Positions 16,170-31,370 of a stretch of 64,000 bases of DNA are shown here, piece after piece. The stretch is taken from assembly GCA_951406725.2 (NCBI GenBank), contig OX597832.1, forward strand, positions 30,132,001-30,196,000. The letters run 5' to 3'. A program made the position numbers and the translations under genes. Origin of the DNA: Octopus vulgaris (lineage: Eukaryota). A model generated the notes under the pieces. The model had not been told where the DNA came from. It worked only from the letters and a program-made list of their open reading frames with translations, and searched no databases. Positions within the stretch are counted from its first letter, which is position 1. Each line of letters begins with the position of its first letter.

Positions 16170-16260
<91 letters not shown>

Positions 16261-16265
16261 GCACG

Positions 16266-16296
<31 letters not shown>

Positions 16297-18358
16297 ACAC
16301 ACACACACATGCACACACGCACGCACACACACACACACACACACTCTCTCTCTCTCTCTCTCTCCTTCTCCCTCTGGTTGTTAACTTACTCAAAATATCT
16401 GCAATCTTACAAGTTCTTCCTCTCTGGCAGTTACTGGTAGCTTCTCTCCGCGATTTTATCCTTAACTATATCAGACAGAATGACAAACCTCAGCTTTTAT
16501 CACAAAACGACGAATTACGGCACAAACTAAATGTTATCTAATTGATTAGATAAACCTAATCATTAATTTTTTTCTTTGCTAATTTAATATCATCAAGATG
16601 GCGACTTACACAGCGTCTTCAACCCGGATTTCTTAGTAATCTCCTGTTCGTCTGCTGCCAATCTACTTCAATCGTGCTGCTTCTCTGCTGCCACTCTAGT
16701 GCCAGTCCATTTCAAGTTTTCCAATGTCGGGAATTTCATTAAGAAAAATTCTGAAATGAGTTATGATTTCCAATCAAGTTTATTTTAGATGAAAGACTAA
16801 ATGTTCCAAAGATAAGGATATTCACCTCTGTTCCTAGGAATATCCTTCGTCATTTTTTTTCATCCACAACGCGAGATAAAGAATCACTGGATCATTAGAC
16901 ATTAGTCAATAGACCCCATTCATGCTATTTTACTGATGATTAAGCGGCATCTTGATTGTTAATCACGACTTCATTCCTATGGCGGCCATTACATTTTACT
17001 CACACAAAAATCTTAATCGATCGTCTTTCCGGTTAGACTAAACTCATGTTTGACCAATTACCTCCGGATAAAATACAGACTAATTGTCTGCTCTTCCAGA
17101 TGACGATTCTAACCTTTGGCACTCACCTTTGATTCTAACTTTATCCAAGAATTGTGCTATACGTTTTATTTTATGGAACGATGAGAATAAAAGACTTTTT
17201 TTTCGGGTTCTATACAAAGAAAATATCGATTCCCTTTGGCTAAACATGAAGTTATTTTCTAAGAGGTGGGGTATTGATGTCTGTACCACAGATATTAGAG
17301 GTTTTAGTCTATTACCATTCGATAGATAGAGAGAATATATCCAACGCAACGGAATCGGAATTTTGAGAATTACTTAATATTTCAAATCGTCTGTGAGAAA
17401 GTCAAGTAAATAGGTGAGAGCCCATAGCCTGCAACTGTATAATTCTTAGTATCTGTGTCTTTAACTAATCCTTAACGATGTCTAAAATAAATCTGTAATT
17501 CCAATTCCATAATCTAACCCGGATAGGTTTTATTTATTAATTTATTTATTTTTAATCGGCAGAAGTTCAAGAGTGAGTTAAAACCCAAGATATTAATGCC
17601 AGACTCTCATCAAAGTTTGATAAGTGACACGCACGAATATTTTTTGTCCTTGAATAAATGTTCTAACGTTTTGCTGATGAAAAATAAATGTTACAAATTT
17701 CATGTTTGTGGGGTTAAGTTTATGAACTTTCGAGTGTTTCACATTTGAATCCTTTCTTATATGCACCTTTCGCTTCCAAAGCCAACCCAAGTCCCCTACT
17801 CAACACATCCATACGTCCCTTCTCTTCTACAGATCGGTCCCCCTTCTTGAGGTGTCCTAGCCACTTAGCATACTCGAATGAGCAAGAGAATATCTCCTCT
17901 GTTTAAGGTTTTAAACATTTTTCAGGTTGAATTCCATCCTCTCCTACGGTCTTGTCCGCATCTATGACATCAGTCTCTGTGGCATTAGAGTTCATCAGCA
18001 GATGCACCACCTATGCCACCAGAAGATTGTATCGTGATTGGATTTCGGATATCAGCAATCCATTCTCTCCGCCTCCCAAATATGCACTTCACTGTTTGAC
18101 AAAAAAACAAAGTCGAAGTCTTAATGTTAAGTGTGGAAGAAGGGACTTCTTGTTATGAAGTCATCAAATGGTCCGCCAGAATCCGTTATTAACCAATCTA
18201 ATTTCATTGCCCAAATTAACTCCAAGAGTTAATTCCATGAAGTTTTAGTGTGTCTGCTGTAACTTTTCGCACCTCAGGTTGCCGTCTGGGCAAAAGGGGA
18301 GACTTCGTAAGTCTCCTTCCTTGCTGGCATGGCAATTTTAACTTCCTGGTTAAATTTC

Positions 18359-18389
<31 letters not shown>

Positions 18390-18753
18390 CGAGCAAAACG
18401 CGCCCCGTCCAATGGACGGTGCTGAGTTGTCAAACATTTAAACCAAATTTTCTCAAAACAACTTGTCCGACCGTCCCATAGGCCTCCCTTTTGAGAAACA
18501 CTGATTCAACCTAAATTCGAGACACCAGCAAAAGAAGAAATAACGATAGACTTTTTTCTATTCCAAAGTAAAACGATTTCCCACGGCTTTATCGATCGCA
18601 TTCTCACTTGGAATCGATTTTTGTAATTTTTTCAAGACCTGATACCGTCGGTATCTACATATCAAATTTGAGCGCAATCGGATGGACGATGCCTGAGATC
18701 CTAGAAGCCACATACACACACACACAGACAGACAGAACGGAATTTATATAAGA
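18390..18753 (-). mobile_element. Non-autonomous Helitron-like element in (TA)n
   Basis: Minus strand starts A|TCTTATATAAA followed by (CTGT)n, has a subterminal hairpin ccgtccattggacgg and ends CTCG|T (CTRR-like). It is inserted between A and T. Confidence 0.6.
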
Positions 18754-19163
18754 TATATATATATATGATCTAGATTTACTTATTTCTGTGAGTGGCTTTT
18801 ATTCTTCAAAACTTATACTCGATTTCTTATGTATTTTTATATTTTGCGACGGAGATCTTTTCCTATAAATGTAAAACGCTTTCTCAAAAAACTTGCACTT
18901 CATCTTAGAAGTCTCCGAAGAAGCTGTAAGATGATGCACAAGCACCCAATTCTGAGTACACTGCCTCTCGTAGCAGAAACAACTGTATGCTAATGAAGTT
19001 CATTACATTCCTTTGCCGTTTATTTAATTCCATATTTACGCTCTGTACTCGAATTCCTCTTTATTATGAAACATAACGTATATTGAGTTCTACAGTCAGA
19101 TTATTAATAACCTTATATCTGAACGAAATATCGCAATATATTTATATATAGAATATATATTCA

Positions 19164-19275
<112 letters not shown>

Positions 19276-19336
19276 TACATATATACATTCATATATATAT
19301 ACATATTTATAGGTATATATATATGTATTTGTATAA

Positions 19337-19415
<79 letters not shown>

Positions 19416-19487
19416 AAATATCTGTACATTTATATACATGTGTATGTACATACATTTAGCATCTAGGTGTGTGTATGTACACACACT

Positions 19488-19519
<32 letters not shown>

Positions 19520-20233
19520 AACATGTATACACACACATGTATATGCTCATATATATGGACACATGCATATAAATACACACACACACAAACACACACACAC
19601 ACAAACACATTATTTCATTAATTTAATTGCTATATATTTCCATCTCGTTGATTCAATCCTTTTATTAAATCAATTTAAATATTCACAAAGAATATTATAA
19701 AAACTGTCTCCGTAGAAATTGGCTCTGAAACGGTTTAGCTTCCAGAATATATTACATTCATACAAACACATCTATATAAGCATCACACACACACACACAC
19801 ACAGATAGATACAGACACATGCACACTCAACTATGTATACAAACATATAGACATACAAATATGTACATAAGTATATATACGTATATATATATATATTTTA
19901 TTTTTTATTTTATCTAGTTTCAGCTCACGAGCTGTGGCCATGCTATATATATATATATAGATGTATATATGTGTGTGTGAGTATATGTGTATATGTGTGT
20001 GTGTATGTATGTATATACATATATATTTATATGTATGTATTTATGTATATGTCTTGTCTGAGAAGATTCCAGTCGTCACAGCCATATACAGGCACATCTC
20101 AAAACACGTTTAACAGTTTCTCGATACGAAACTATAATCCCTTGAGTAACGTGTGTTAAACTCTCACATTCTCGGCTAATAACGAAATCGTATATTTTAT
20201 TTATTTGCTTTTTCTCACTAAGTATACACATTA

Positions 20234-20272
<39 letters not shown>

Positions 20273-21309
20273 TATATATATATATATATATATATGCTTA
20301 TGTAGTTTTGTTCTCAACTAATTTTTGAAAGTAAGGAAGGCAATTGATTTACGATACGCAACACTAATATAAACACGTAATCGTTCATACATCCATACAT
20401 TGTGTGTGGATGTCTGTGTGTGTGAGCATGTGTGTGTGTCAGCACGTGTGTGTGTGTGTACGTGTGTGTGTGAACGTGTGTGTTTTTCCTTGTATTGCTA
20501 TTTTTATAGTTTTCAATCGATGTTCGCTTGTTGTTCTCCTTCGTCTTCTCGGCAAATATATTTATATAAGAAAGCATGTTTTAATGCGCACTCCCGTCGA
20601 CATTGTGTCTCCTATCTTACAGTCCACTTATTACATCATTGGCAGACATTGAGAACCAACCAACAAATGCATTCCCTCTCTCCCTCTCTCCTTCTCTCTC
20701 TCTCTCACTCTCCAATTTCTTACATTATTCTTTCTTCTATTTGTTTCGTTTCGTCATATTATATTCCGTTTCAGTTTGCTTTGTTTTGCTCAAATGTCTT
20801 TCCATTCCATTTTTGAATCGACTATTCACAGAGGCGCCAGGCGTTTGACATCCAACTCAATTTGTTTAACAATCTTTATCGGCAATGTTTTTTTTTTTGT
20901 TCACCTTTTCATCAACAGTCCATTAGTCTCTCATATTCTCTAAAAGAATGTTTCCATTTCAAAACGAAAAAAAGAAAAGAGAAGCAGAAAGAACCGAGTT
21001 CTTCACTCGTCAAATACGCCATTCCTCATCTTATAACAACAATTACAATGGTGGGGTTTTCATTCAGACAAATTCTCTACATATTTTATTATATTTGCTT
21101 CTGTCGTTGCTGTCCCTTGATCATTTGAAATGAAAACGAAAATTAAAGATAGGCGGAGGAAAAAGAGAGAGAAATATGATGTGAATTTTAGAAGAAACAA
21201 CATCAATTTAATTTCCATACAATGGCTGATATTATAGCTTAAACTGATAATCGCCGACATAAACGGGTGCAATATAATATCAGTGAAATACTCACACGCA
21301 TAACATGTA

Positions 21310-21381
<72 letters not shown>

Positions 21382-21603
21382 GGCAATGTGCTGACTGTCT
21401 TGGTCTAAAACTTGTAGGATGCAGCAGTTATAAATGGCTTCCTAATCCATTTATCACTTTGCTACTATTTTCCATGACATTATCTTATTTAGATAACTCC
21501 TTCCGATCAAAATGTTTATACATACATAGATACGTGTGTGTGTGCGTGTGTGTGTGTGTATATCAGTGGGGGTTGCTTGAATGTGTGTGTGGATGTGTGA
21601 GTA

Positions 21604-21634
<31 letters not shown>

Positions 21635-21692
21635 GTATGTCTGGATCAAGATCCCGGGTTCGAGATTATAGACACAAATACATGCATACATA

Positions 21693-21878
<186 letters not shown>

Positions 21879-21887
21879 TATATACAT

Positions 21888-22093
21888 GTATGTGACTGCG
21901 TGTACCGTTGGCGATTTTTTTTCCTCTGTCTTCCCTTCTCTGGATCTTTCCTTCTCCTATGTTTCTGACGAAGAGCTCCGCTCGAAACGTTAAACCCTCC
22001 TTCTTTCCTTCTTTCCTGAGCGTCCAATATTACTATATTTGTTCCACGTCCTCGCGTTGTTGTGTTTTTTTGTGCTTTCATGTTTGGATTAAC
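21888..22093 (+). mobile_element. Short (TA)n-embedded hammerhead element; truncated copies at 629-733 and 5575-5665
   Basis: Shared ccttctttcctgagcgtccaata...tttggattaact sequence in three places, each flanked by (TA)n. Confidence 0.75.
21961..21995 (+). ncRNA. Minimal type I hammerhead ribozyme
   Basis: GTTT-CTGACGA-A-GAGC(TCC)GCTC-GAA-ACGT-T-AAAC: stem I GTTT/AAAC, canonical core, ACGT palindromic stem III, GUU triplet (cut after 21991). Confidence 0.85.
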
Positions 22094-22230
22094 TATATAT
22101 ATATATATATACATATATGGGGAGTGAGAGAGTGAGAAAGAGAGAAAGGTGCACACTCACATGTATGTAAATTTACAGACATGCACACACACACACATAC
22201 ATACATACATACATACATATATACATACAT

Positions 22231-22288
<58 letters not shown>

Positions 22289-22815
22289 CTGGGTCTTATT
22301 GAAACATTACACAGTAAGGCTTCTATCAAGCGTACCTTTCCTTTATCCGACTGACCCTTGGGCACAAAAATATTAACTTGACCTTTCTTGTCCAGTTATT
22401 TCCGATATTTCAAGTTAACACTTCCAAGAAAATTTCCCATTCCAGCCTTGCCCACCAACCGCATTGTTGCTCTTTCAAATTTAAGCTATTCCTCTTCATT
22501 TTTTATGACGGATTGAAAAGGCATCAACGCCACAACCTTGTATTCTCTTCTTAGTAAAGTATTCAATAATTACTTTTAGATGCACGTATAGGCTGCGTTG
22601 CGAAATGATTTGCTTCATAACGATGTAGATGTCTACCAATGAGTCTGACTCGAGTCATAAGCCAGGCATCTATTAAAAGTGTCCGTCTTAATGCTGTGTC
22701 TCTTTAATGAGTCAAACATCACGACTCTCTGTTATCATGTCACATGACAACATCAGAAATAGAAAGTAACCAACGGACACAAATGAAGGCCAGGGATTTC
22801 TTATCTCTACCCTTA

Positions 22816-23229
22816 TCTTTACTCTTTTACTGGTTTCAGTCATTTGACCGTGGCCATGCTGGAGCACCGCCTTTAGTCGAGCAACTCGACCCCAGGACTT
22901 ATTCTTTTGTAAGCCCAGTACTTATTCTATCGGTCACTTTTGCCGAACCGCTAAGTTACGGGGGACGTAAACACACCACCATCGGTTGTCAAGCAATGTT
23001 GGGGGGGGGGGGACAATCACAGACACACAAACATATACACACACATACATATATATACATATATATGACGGGCTTCTTTCAGTTTCCATCAACCAAATCC
23101 ACTCACAAGGCTTTGGTCTGCCCGAGGCTACAGTAGAAGACACTTGCCTAAGGTACCATGCAGTGGGAATAAACCCAGAACCATATGGTTGGTAAGCAAG
23201 CTACTTACCACACAGCCACTCCTGCGCCT
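22816..23229 (-). mobile_element. SINE family B, full-length copy
   Basis: Reverse complement of 9000-9418 including the ggcgcaggagtggctgtgtggtaag head, flanked by ccttatctt. Confidence 0.85.
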
Positions 23230-24061
23230 TATCTTTCTTATTCAATTCCACCCTTTTCTCTCCCTAATGATTTAATTTTCCCTCAGTCCTTTTTTCTTTT
23301 CATATTTTCAACCCAAATACATGAGATTTCAGGAGGTACCCCAACTTTATACCAGTAGAAGATATAAACCCTAGGAGGAGCTCAGCTTTATGTCAATAGA
23401 CATTTTATCTTATTTTAACTCTGCAATTTTAAATCTGGCGTTATTTTAACGAACTGCTTCAGTCCTATGAACCTTAAATATAAACATTACAAAATGTGCA
23501 ACAACTCGCCACAACCATCACTTCATTCCGAAGGTGAGAACGAGATCCTCAAACGTTACTGTTCCAACATATGAAAAAAAAAATCTATGGAAATATGAAA
23601 ACTAAATTGATTAAAAAATTCAAGTGGAACAGTCGTGTCTTTAAGACATTTGTAATAGAATAAAAACTGTTCCTTGTCTTCTCCTTTCTTCTTTCTACTC
23701 CCCACCTCACCCCTCTCTCAACCCACCCCCGCCCGCCCACCTGCCTTCCCGAACACTATAACTAATAACAGTAAAGACATCTACCCGTTCACCCTTGACC
23801 TAGCAACATGGAAGATAGCCTGAGTTAAACACGTCCCGAACACGTGTTCTGCAAGCCAAACCCTGGTAGCGCCCCCTACCGCCCGTTTATATCTTTAATA
23901 ATCTTTAATATAAAACATTTAACAAATGACCAGGGAATTGTTCGCTAATCACAGTTTCCTATCACCGCCCTCATCGATATCGATTTGGTTTTTCTCTTTA
24001 CCACCGGTTACACGAACACACACGAATCTATACATACATACATACATACAGACATATATAA

Positions 24062-24136
<75 letters not shown>

Positions 24137-24332
24137 TATGTATGTGTGTGTATATATATATATATATTTACATATGCACATGCACATATACACACACATA
24201 CATTTATACCATTTATACACTTATATACACACAATTAACTGCAAGAAGATGTCCCAGAAGTCCGGCATCATTTAAACATTTCATTTTTAAAAAGCTAACA
24301 GGCTTGGATAGACACACACTATATGTATACAT

Positions 24333-24409
<77 letters not shown>

Positions 24410-24876
24410 CATATGTACACACATTTATATACACATATATAAATATATATACACACACACACACAAATACACATAATGTGTATGTGTGTGTGTTTGTGTT
24501 ATACTAATATTATTGGTACCAGTTTTAGTGGTGGTGGTGGTGTGGTGGTGTGGAAGGGTATTGACAAAATCGTTAGAGCATCCATTAAAATGCTTAACGG
24601 AATGTCTTTCGGTTCGTTGTGTCCTGATTTCGAATCCTGCCGAGGCCACCTCTTTACTTTCATTCTTCTGGGGTCCATAAAATAAAGTACCAGTCAAGTA
24701 CTTGGCTCTGTTTAAGTCGTGGAATCCTTCTTTTCCGCAGGTTCTGGGTGTTTGTCAGAAATTATATCATCTTTCGTACACGCACGCACGTGTATGTATG
24801 TATCTATGTGTGTGTGTATCTTTGCGTGCACCACATACATGCGTGTAGATAGTTTTAATTATAACTAATTTTCAAT

Positions 24877-24922
<46 letters not shown>

Positions 24923-24926
24923 GAAA

Positions 24927-24961
<35 letters not shown>

Positions 24962-25099
24962 TAGATAGATAGATAGATAAGATAGATAGATAAATAGATG
25001 TGTGTATATATATATATATATGTATACAAATACAAACCTGTATATGTATATCAACATACACATATATGTTCGTGTATGTTTATACACATACACGCGCGC

Positions 25100-25143
<44 letters not shown>

Positions 25144-26485
25144 TGTGTATGTGTCTTTTTATATCTGCATAGATGTACACACACCCTCACACGTATATAT
25201 GCATACAATATTATCTTTAAGTATTTACAAAAGCGTGTATGTCAATGTATAACTATTTATTCGTGTGTGCGTGCATGTGTGTGTATGTGTGTATGTGTGT
25301 GTGTGTGCATGTGTGTGTATGTGTGTATGTGTGTGTGTTTATTTAATTGATAATGTTCGTTTTAGTTTTCCCCTCACGTTTTCCCTGCCCCAAAGGATTA
25401 AGGAATTCAACGGAGGTTACCCCGAAGTAACGAAAACACCCAACGCCACAACCCTCACCCCCACTTTTTTTTTAAAAATTACTCCTACCAAATTCCCCCA
25501 CCACACCCCTCTGCCCCACACCAGTTTGACATTCCTCAAATAAACACCACCACCACCACCACCACCTCCTCCTCTCCCTCTTAACGAAAGACACGGAATC
25601 AATATAATTTTGCTATTAAATTAATTATATTATTTTATTACGAGTGTTTACAGTGACCAGAATCGCGTCGAAACCTCCCCAGCAGCTTGTCCGCGGCGGC
25701 GTGGGAGCAGGGTTTAGAAGGGGTGCACCCCCCCCCCCCCGTCCATTTTCCTAATTATTAATATCAAACTTGTTGTTGTAGTTATTATTCGTCATGTTCA
25801 TGCTATTGTTGTTAAAATGTCCTCGCAAAGATCCGAATTATTCCTTCCTTTTCTGCGCCGGTGCATAGCTTCATTTTAGTGGTATGAAGTGAGTGATTGT
25901 TGAATTTCTTCATGGATAGAACGCCAGTCTGACTCAGACGTCATTCCCAAACTATCTCCTGTGAGACGGAGAAAATGATGTTTGTGATTAAACTAAAAAA
26001 AAATTCGTCACACACGGCCGTATGTTTCGCTCTGAACGAACTTTTCCAACGAATGAGGTACTTGGTTCAGCTGATGGCATTTGTAGTTAGAAATGGGAGG
26101 TTTTGTTTGAGATAAAAGCGGACATTGTAAAAATGGATGCAGAACATAAAGGAATTTATATAAAAGGAATTATAAGTCTGCGAAGAGGGGAAAGTATCAA
26201 AGAATTGATTTTAATATAGAGAAGAGGAGAAAAAAGGGAAGAGAATAGAGTATCATTGTCATCTATATTCGGGTTTTCTTTCACAATTCGACTATTTGCT
26301 TTCACCCCCATTAAAGAGGTGCACCGGACGGCACTTCCCCACCCCTCACAATTCAAAGATGCATTCTCAGATTTACAGTGATACACTTATTTTGAAACGC
26401 CACTTTAGCTTTCTTACAAATTATATATGTATTGTGTGTGTACAAGTCTGTATGTATATCTGTGTACGTGTATGTATATATATAA

Positions 26486-26526
<41 letters not shown>

Positions 26527-26769
26527 TGTGTGTGCATGTGTGTGTGTGTGTGTGCGTGTATTGTACCTGTAATTCAAGGGGCCAGCCTTGTCACACTCTC
26601 TGTCACGCTTGATCTCCCTGAAAACTACGTTAAGGGTACACGTGTCTGTGGAATGCTCAGCCACTTGCACTTCAATCTCACGAGCAATCTGTTCCGTTGG
26701 TCGGATCAACTGGAACCTTCGTCGTCGTAACCGACGGAATGCCACTATATATATATATATATATATATA

Positions 26770-27215
26770 ACGGAAAGGTTTACGAAAATAAACAAAAGAC
26801 GAAGGCAGGTGGAGTACAAACAAACAAATGTATTAGTATGGTGCTCAGGAATAGAAAAAGTCTTTTACGTTTCGAGCCTACGCTCTTCGACAGAAAGATA
26901 CACAGAAAAAAAAAAGGAGAGAAAAAAAATGCGTGTAGGAGCTAACGATCTATCGTGTCTGGGGAGAGTCATTTTCTTTTGTGTCTTATAATATTTACAC
27001 ATTCACCGGTACATTTTCCACTTATTTCTTAATTTTCTTTTCCTAAAATTGTCTTTGCGACTTGCAACCTTTTCAATAGTCTTGAAATGTTACCGGTGAA
27101 TGTGTAAATATTATAAGGCATAAAAAGAAAATGACTCTCCCCAGACACAACAGAATATGCTTCAACACACGAACTCATATAAAGAATCTTGCAAACCAAA
27201 TCCAGAAACCTAAAT
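26770..27215. mobile_element. Composite (TA)n-embedded insert: hammerhead element (26770-26955, -) plus foldback element (26956-27215; further copy at 47215-47400)
   Basis: 26770-26955 is homologous to 5740-5922. Inverted arms at ~26956-27017 and ~27086-27148. The same sequence recurs at 47215-47400. Confidence 0.65.
26861..26898 (-). ncRNA. Minimal hammerhead-like motif, variant core CUGUCGA
   Basis: Minus strand TCTTT-CTGTCGA-A-GAGC(GTAG)GCTC-GAA-ACGT-A-AAAGA. All stems pair, but A6 is replaced by U. Confidence 0.65.
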
Positions 27216-27417
27216 ATATATATATATATAAACACATGCACACACACGCTTATATTGAAGTTAGTATGGTGGTATTGGTGGTAGTGGTGGTGGTGGTGTC
27301 GCTTGTGATGCTATTCTGGTTCTGGTAAACTCGGTGTTCACTAACCACATTTTATGCTTTCCTTAATAGCTGTATTTAAACCATCTAAACCATTTCCGCC
27401 TCTTTCTCCTCGTCAGT

Positions 27418-27486
<69 letters not shown>

Positions 27487-28832
27487 GCCGCTGTTGTTCT
27501 TGTTTATTCTATCTTCTGTGTTTTGTCATTATTGTGTGTGTGTGTGTGTGTGTGTGTTTGAGAAACTAATTAGACACCCCTAACTCCAGATCTAAACATT
27601 GAACCAAACCTCTGTTCCCTATGACGTCACACTACTGTTACATCACTTCTGCCTGTTTCATTTTACCCAGCCACCGCCATGTCTGTCTGTGCGTCGAGTC
27701 AGACCCGCATCTTTCCAACATGGAGGAAATTGCAAACAACTCCGCTTTCATGTCGCTACCAGCTTTTGCAAAGTTGTAAGTGAGAAGAGGGTTCGAACAC
27801 AACACTCTCTTCAATAAAACAACAGAATTACAAATTTCCCAATCATTTCATGTGAGAAATAAAACCGAAAATTACTAAAAGATGAAAACAATTTGATGGA
27901 ATCTTTTGAAAAAAATCTTTATCTTTTTTTCAATGATAAACATTTTTCTTCCTCAATCAATTTTTTGTTCAGATTCCATTTTCAATTCTTTACAGAACTT
28001 CTTAGTTACATTGTCCATTTTTTGTGCACATATCCTGTCTTTAGAGAATCATTGTCGACCAAACACAACACCTGAGATATCTCTATTGAAAATATCTTTA
28101 TAAAGACGTGAATAAACTTATTATCCAACACAGAAATCTTTCATATTTTCCCATTGTCACGCAACTTAAAGCGAATCATCGCATCTGATATTGTTTCTCG
28201 ATGTTTTCCTGTAGAAAATTAAGTTCCACAAGTAACACTTTTACATTTCATTCAACATTCTACAACAATCTCTTTTATTTATATTATTTCATTCTATGTA
28301 CGAGAGGGCGGATGAGAGAATCGGATGACAGACAGATGATGCCGGACTAGAAGGTGGAGCGAGGGGAGTTGATGACAGATCCAAGATTAAATGACTTGTA
28401 TTTAGTTACAACCGGCCGTTTATGTTCCGAGTTCAAATCCTGCCAATGTCGACTATATCTTTTTCTACTTTCCCACATGTTAAACATGAAGTAGCAGACG
28501 CTCACACAATGTGTCGTCCACATGTTGTCTATATTAGGAATTATAATATGTTATTTGCTGTTTGTATGTTGACAATTAGAAATTATTATTCATTAAGTAC
28601 GAAAAATGATTTAAAAGTTAGAATTATTATTATTAGTGTTGGTTTCAAATTCCAGTACAAGGCCAGCAATTTCGGCGGAATTTTGGACTCGGAACGTAAA
28701 GATGGACGGAATAAATGCCGCTAAGCGTTTTATCCGGTGTACAAACGATTCTGCCAGCTCACCACCTTCTTAACAACAACAACTACACCAACAGCAGCAA
28801 CAACAATAGTAATAATAACAACAACAACAACA

Positions 28833-28898
<66 letters not shown>

Positions 28899-29139
28899 GT
28901 AATAATAATAATAATAAGAGCACTCAGAGAGTGCAAAGCTCCGCCAAGGCAACACCAACGTCCTCTCAACGATTAGCCGGAGACGATTTTTTTGAAATGA
29001 GAATATCTGAAATAAACTCGACTGCTCTTACAAACGAGAATACTAAAAATGAACCCGACCGCTCTCAAACATTAAGTAAAAACACCAGAAAACTAATCCA
29101 GAATCCTTGTCTGGTACCTCATCGATCCCAATGGTAGTC

Positions 29140-29400
29140 ATGGAATGTGAAGGTGGGTGTGCAGGCAGTGTTTGTAATGCTGTGTGTATGTGTCGTCTGC
29201 AGTGGGAACAAGGACAGTTTTTCTCTATGAAGGCCTTTTTTAGTCTATCCACTGTAATAGTTTCTTTACGACCATTAAAGTCTATAGTGAAAACTTTATC
29301 CGTGATTGGAAGAAGATGGAACGGACCTGCATACGGTGCTGTTAACAGAGGTTTAACAACATCGTTGCACACAAAAACGTGAGTCCAAGAAGTAAAGCTT
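29140..29400 (-). mobile_element. Gypsy LTR-retrotransposon integrase C-terminal fragment
   Basis: HVFVCNDVVKPLLTAPYAGPFHLL..KVFTIDFNGRKETITVDRLKKAF resembles the GPY/F region of Gypsy integrases. Confidence 0.75.
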
Positions 29401-29960
29401 CCTTCAAGGCAGAGCTAATACTAGGGGCTAGAGAGAGGCAAGACGTGGTATGAGTACAAACTGCAGAGAGTGGTGGAGTCGAAGGCTAGCAAAATCCTCT
29501 GGGATTTCCCAATCCAAACAGATCAGATGCTAGAGCAGAAGAGACCGGACCTAATGGTGGTGAACAAAATGCACCACATGTGTTATATAGTTGATGCTGT
29601 ATGCCGTACTGACACACGAATAGTCAAGCAGGAGGGCGAAAAGATAGATAGACACAACCCTCTTAAGTACGAAATAGCCCGGCTATGGAAAATGAAGATG
29701 AAGATAGTGCCAATTCTTGTTGGATCCTTGGGAACTGTATCGGAAGGCATCGAGGGGAATATAAATGAAATTGGAATAGAGAGCCCAGAAAAAAACTGTT
29801 ATAAAAGATTTGCCTCTTTGGCACGGCCAGAATAATCAGGAAAGTATTAGATAGCGGAAAAGAATGGATAGCATGGAACCCTAGGCTGCAGGTAGCAAAC
29901 CCACTACGCATGTAAGACTCCAAGAGTTCCAAGAAATCCTGTGACAAAGAGAAATAACAA
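29400..29960 (+). mobile_element. 3' end of a non-LTR retrotransposon with restriction-like endonuclease (R4/Dong-like)
   Basis: KILWDFPIQTD..KRPDLMVV..IVDA..EKIDRHNPLKYEIARLWK..IVPILVGSLG is a PD-(D/E)xK RLE domain. The element ends in AAT/AAC repeats. Confidence 0.85.
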
Positions 29961-29983
29961 CAATAATAATATTCTTCAACAAT

Positions 29984-30158
29984 AAGGCGGCGAGCTGCGC
30001 GAAATACTTAGCGATACTTCGTCTGTCTTTATGTTCTGAGTTCAAATTCCGCCGAGGCCGACTTTGCCTTAAATTAAGTACCCGTTGCGTACTGGGGTCG
30101 ATCTAATCGACTGGCCCTCTCCCCCAAAATTTCGGGCTTTGTGCCTTGAGTAGAAAAG
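29984..30158 (+). mobile_element. tRNA-derived SINE family A (other copies ~8677-8885 +, 24555-24700 +, 28636-28765 -, 53668-53848 +, 55653-55875 +)
   Basis: ggcggcgagctg head, gagttcaaattcc B-box, shared gtcgactttgcc and ctggggtcgat core. Perfect 16-bp TSD AATATTCTTCAACAAT. Confidence 0.85.
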
Positions 30159-31271
30159 AATATTCTTCAACAATTAAACCTTTGGAAGTGTAACCAAAAA
30201 CAGAAGCTGCTGGAAAGCATAGGGGGGGGGACTGGCTGATGAAAGGAACCCTAAAGAAAGAGACCGAGGGCACTATACTGGCAACGCAAGATTAAGCTTT
30301 GGCCACGAACTGGGGGTCAACCTTAGGAATGAACAAGTGTCTCCGCTGTGCCGCATCTGCAATTTGAAAATGTTTAAATGAGAATTGCAATTAGTAATTG
30401 GCGGGTTTAGTGAAGAAATATAAGTGATGTTGTTTTGATTTAGAGTTGAGACGATTAAAGTCGTGAAAGGTTCCTTAAGGGAAGACTCAGCCTGGAACCA
30501 GGAACGATGTGGCACGATTTTACACAGACATGTTAGAGTTTTAACACTAATTCACACCATCAGTGACCCTTCCTCCGGATCCAGTAAGCATTGAAAGAAA
30601 AAGGGGCACATGCATATATATATGTATGTATATATACGTACATACAAACATATGTGTGTGTATGTATGAATACACACACACAAACATATAGTAATATATG
30701 ATAGGGTTCTTGAAAATGAACCGAATGGCTCGTGTGTTGCACTGAAACAAGAAGTGAAAGAGTAGCCAAAACAACAACAATAGCAGCAGCAAACATCATC
30801 ACCATCATCACCATCACCATCACCATCATCATCATCATTTACAGGAACAGTGATTGTGAAAACCAATTCCGATTTCCGGTGTGAGACCGGACATTCCCAT
30901 TTGAATAACATCCTGCAGTTATTTCTGGGCGTAGATAATGGACAAGGTATTGGTACGAGAGTTATTTTTTATGAGTTGAAGGTCAATGAAACTAAAGTGA
31001 CATTAGTCGGCAATTGAAGAACTTGAGTACGAAATTAATGGACACTTAACGTTGGAATTATTATTATTATATTTCGCTCGCCATTACTGGCTGCTCTACT
31101 AAATATTACCAAACGCTCCACAATCTTCGCCTTTGTCTTTTTTTTTTAATCTTTAAGTCTCAGACATTTTAGTTACTGTAACAATAGTTTCGAACTGCCA
31201 GAAATAGCGACCAAACATTTAGCATTAGAACCAGTAGGATTACAGGTTTCGTGGGTCGAATAATGTGTGTG

Positions 31272-31370
<99 letters not shown>

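Noticed and set aside
28915-29135. Probable interspersed repeat starting aagagcactcagagag
   Set aside because: It looks like a transposon end, but I cannot classify it and there is no second copy in the window.
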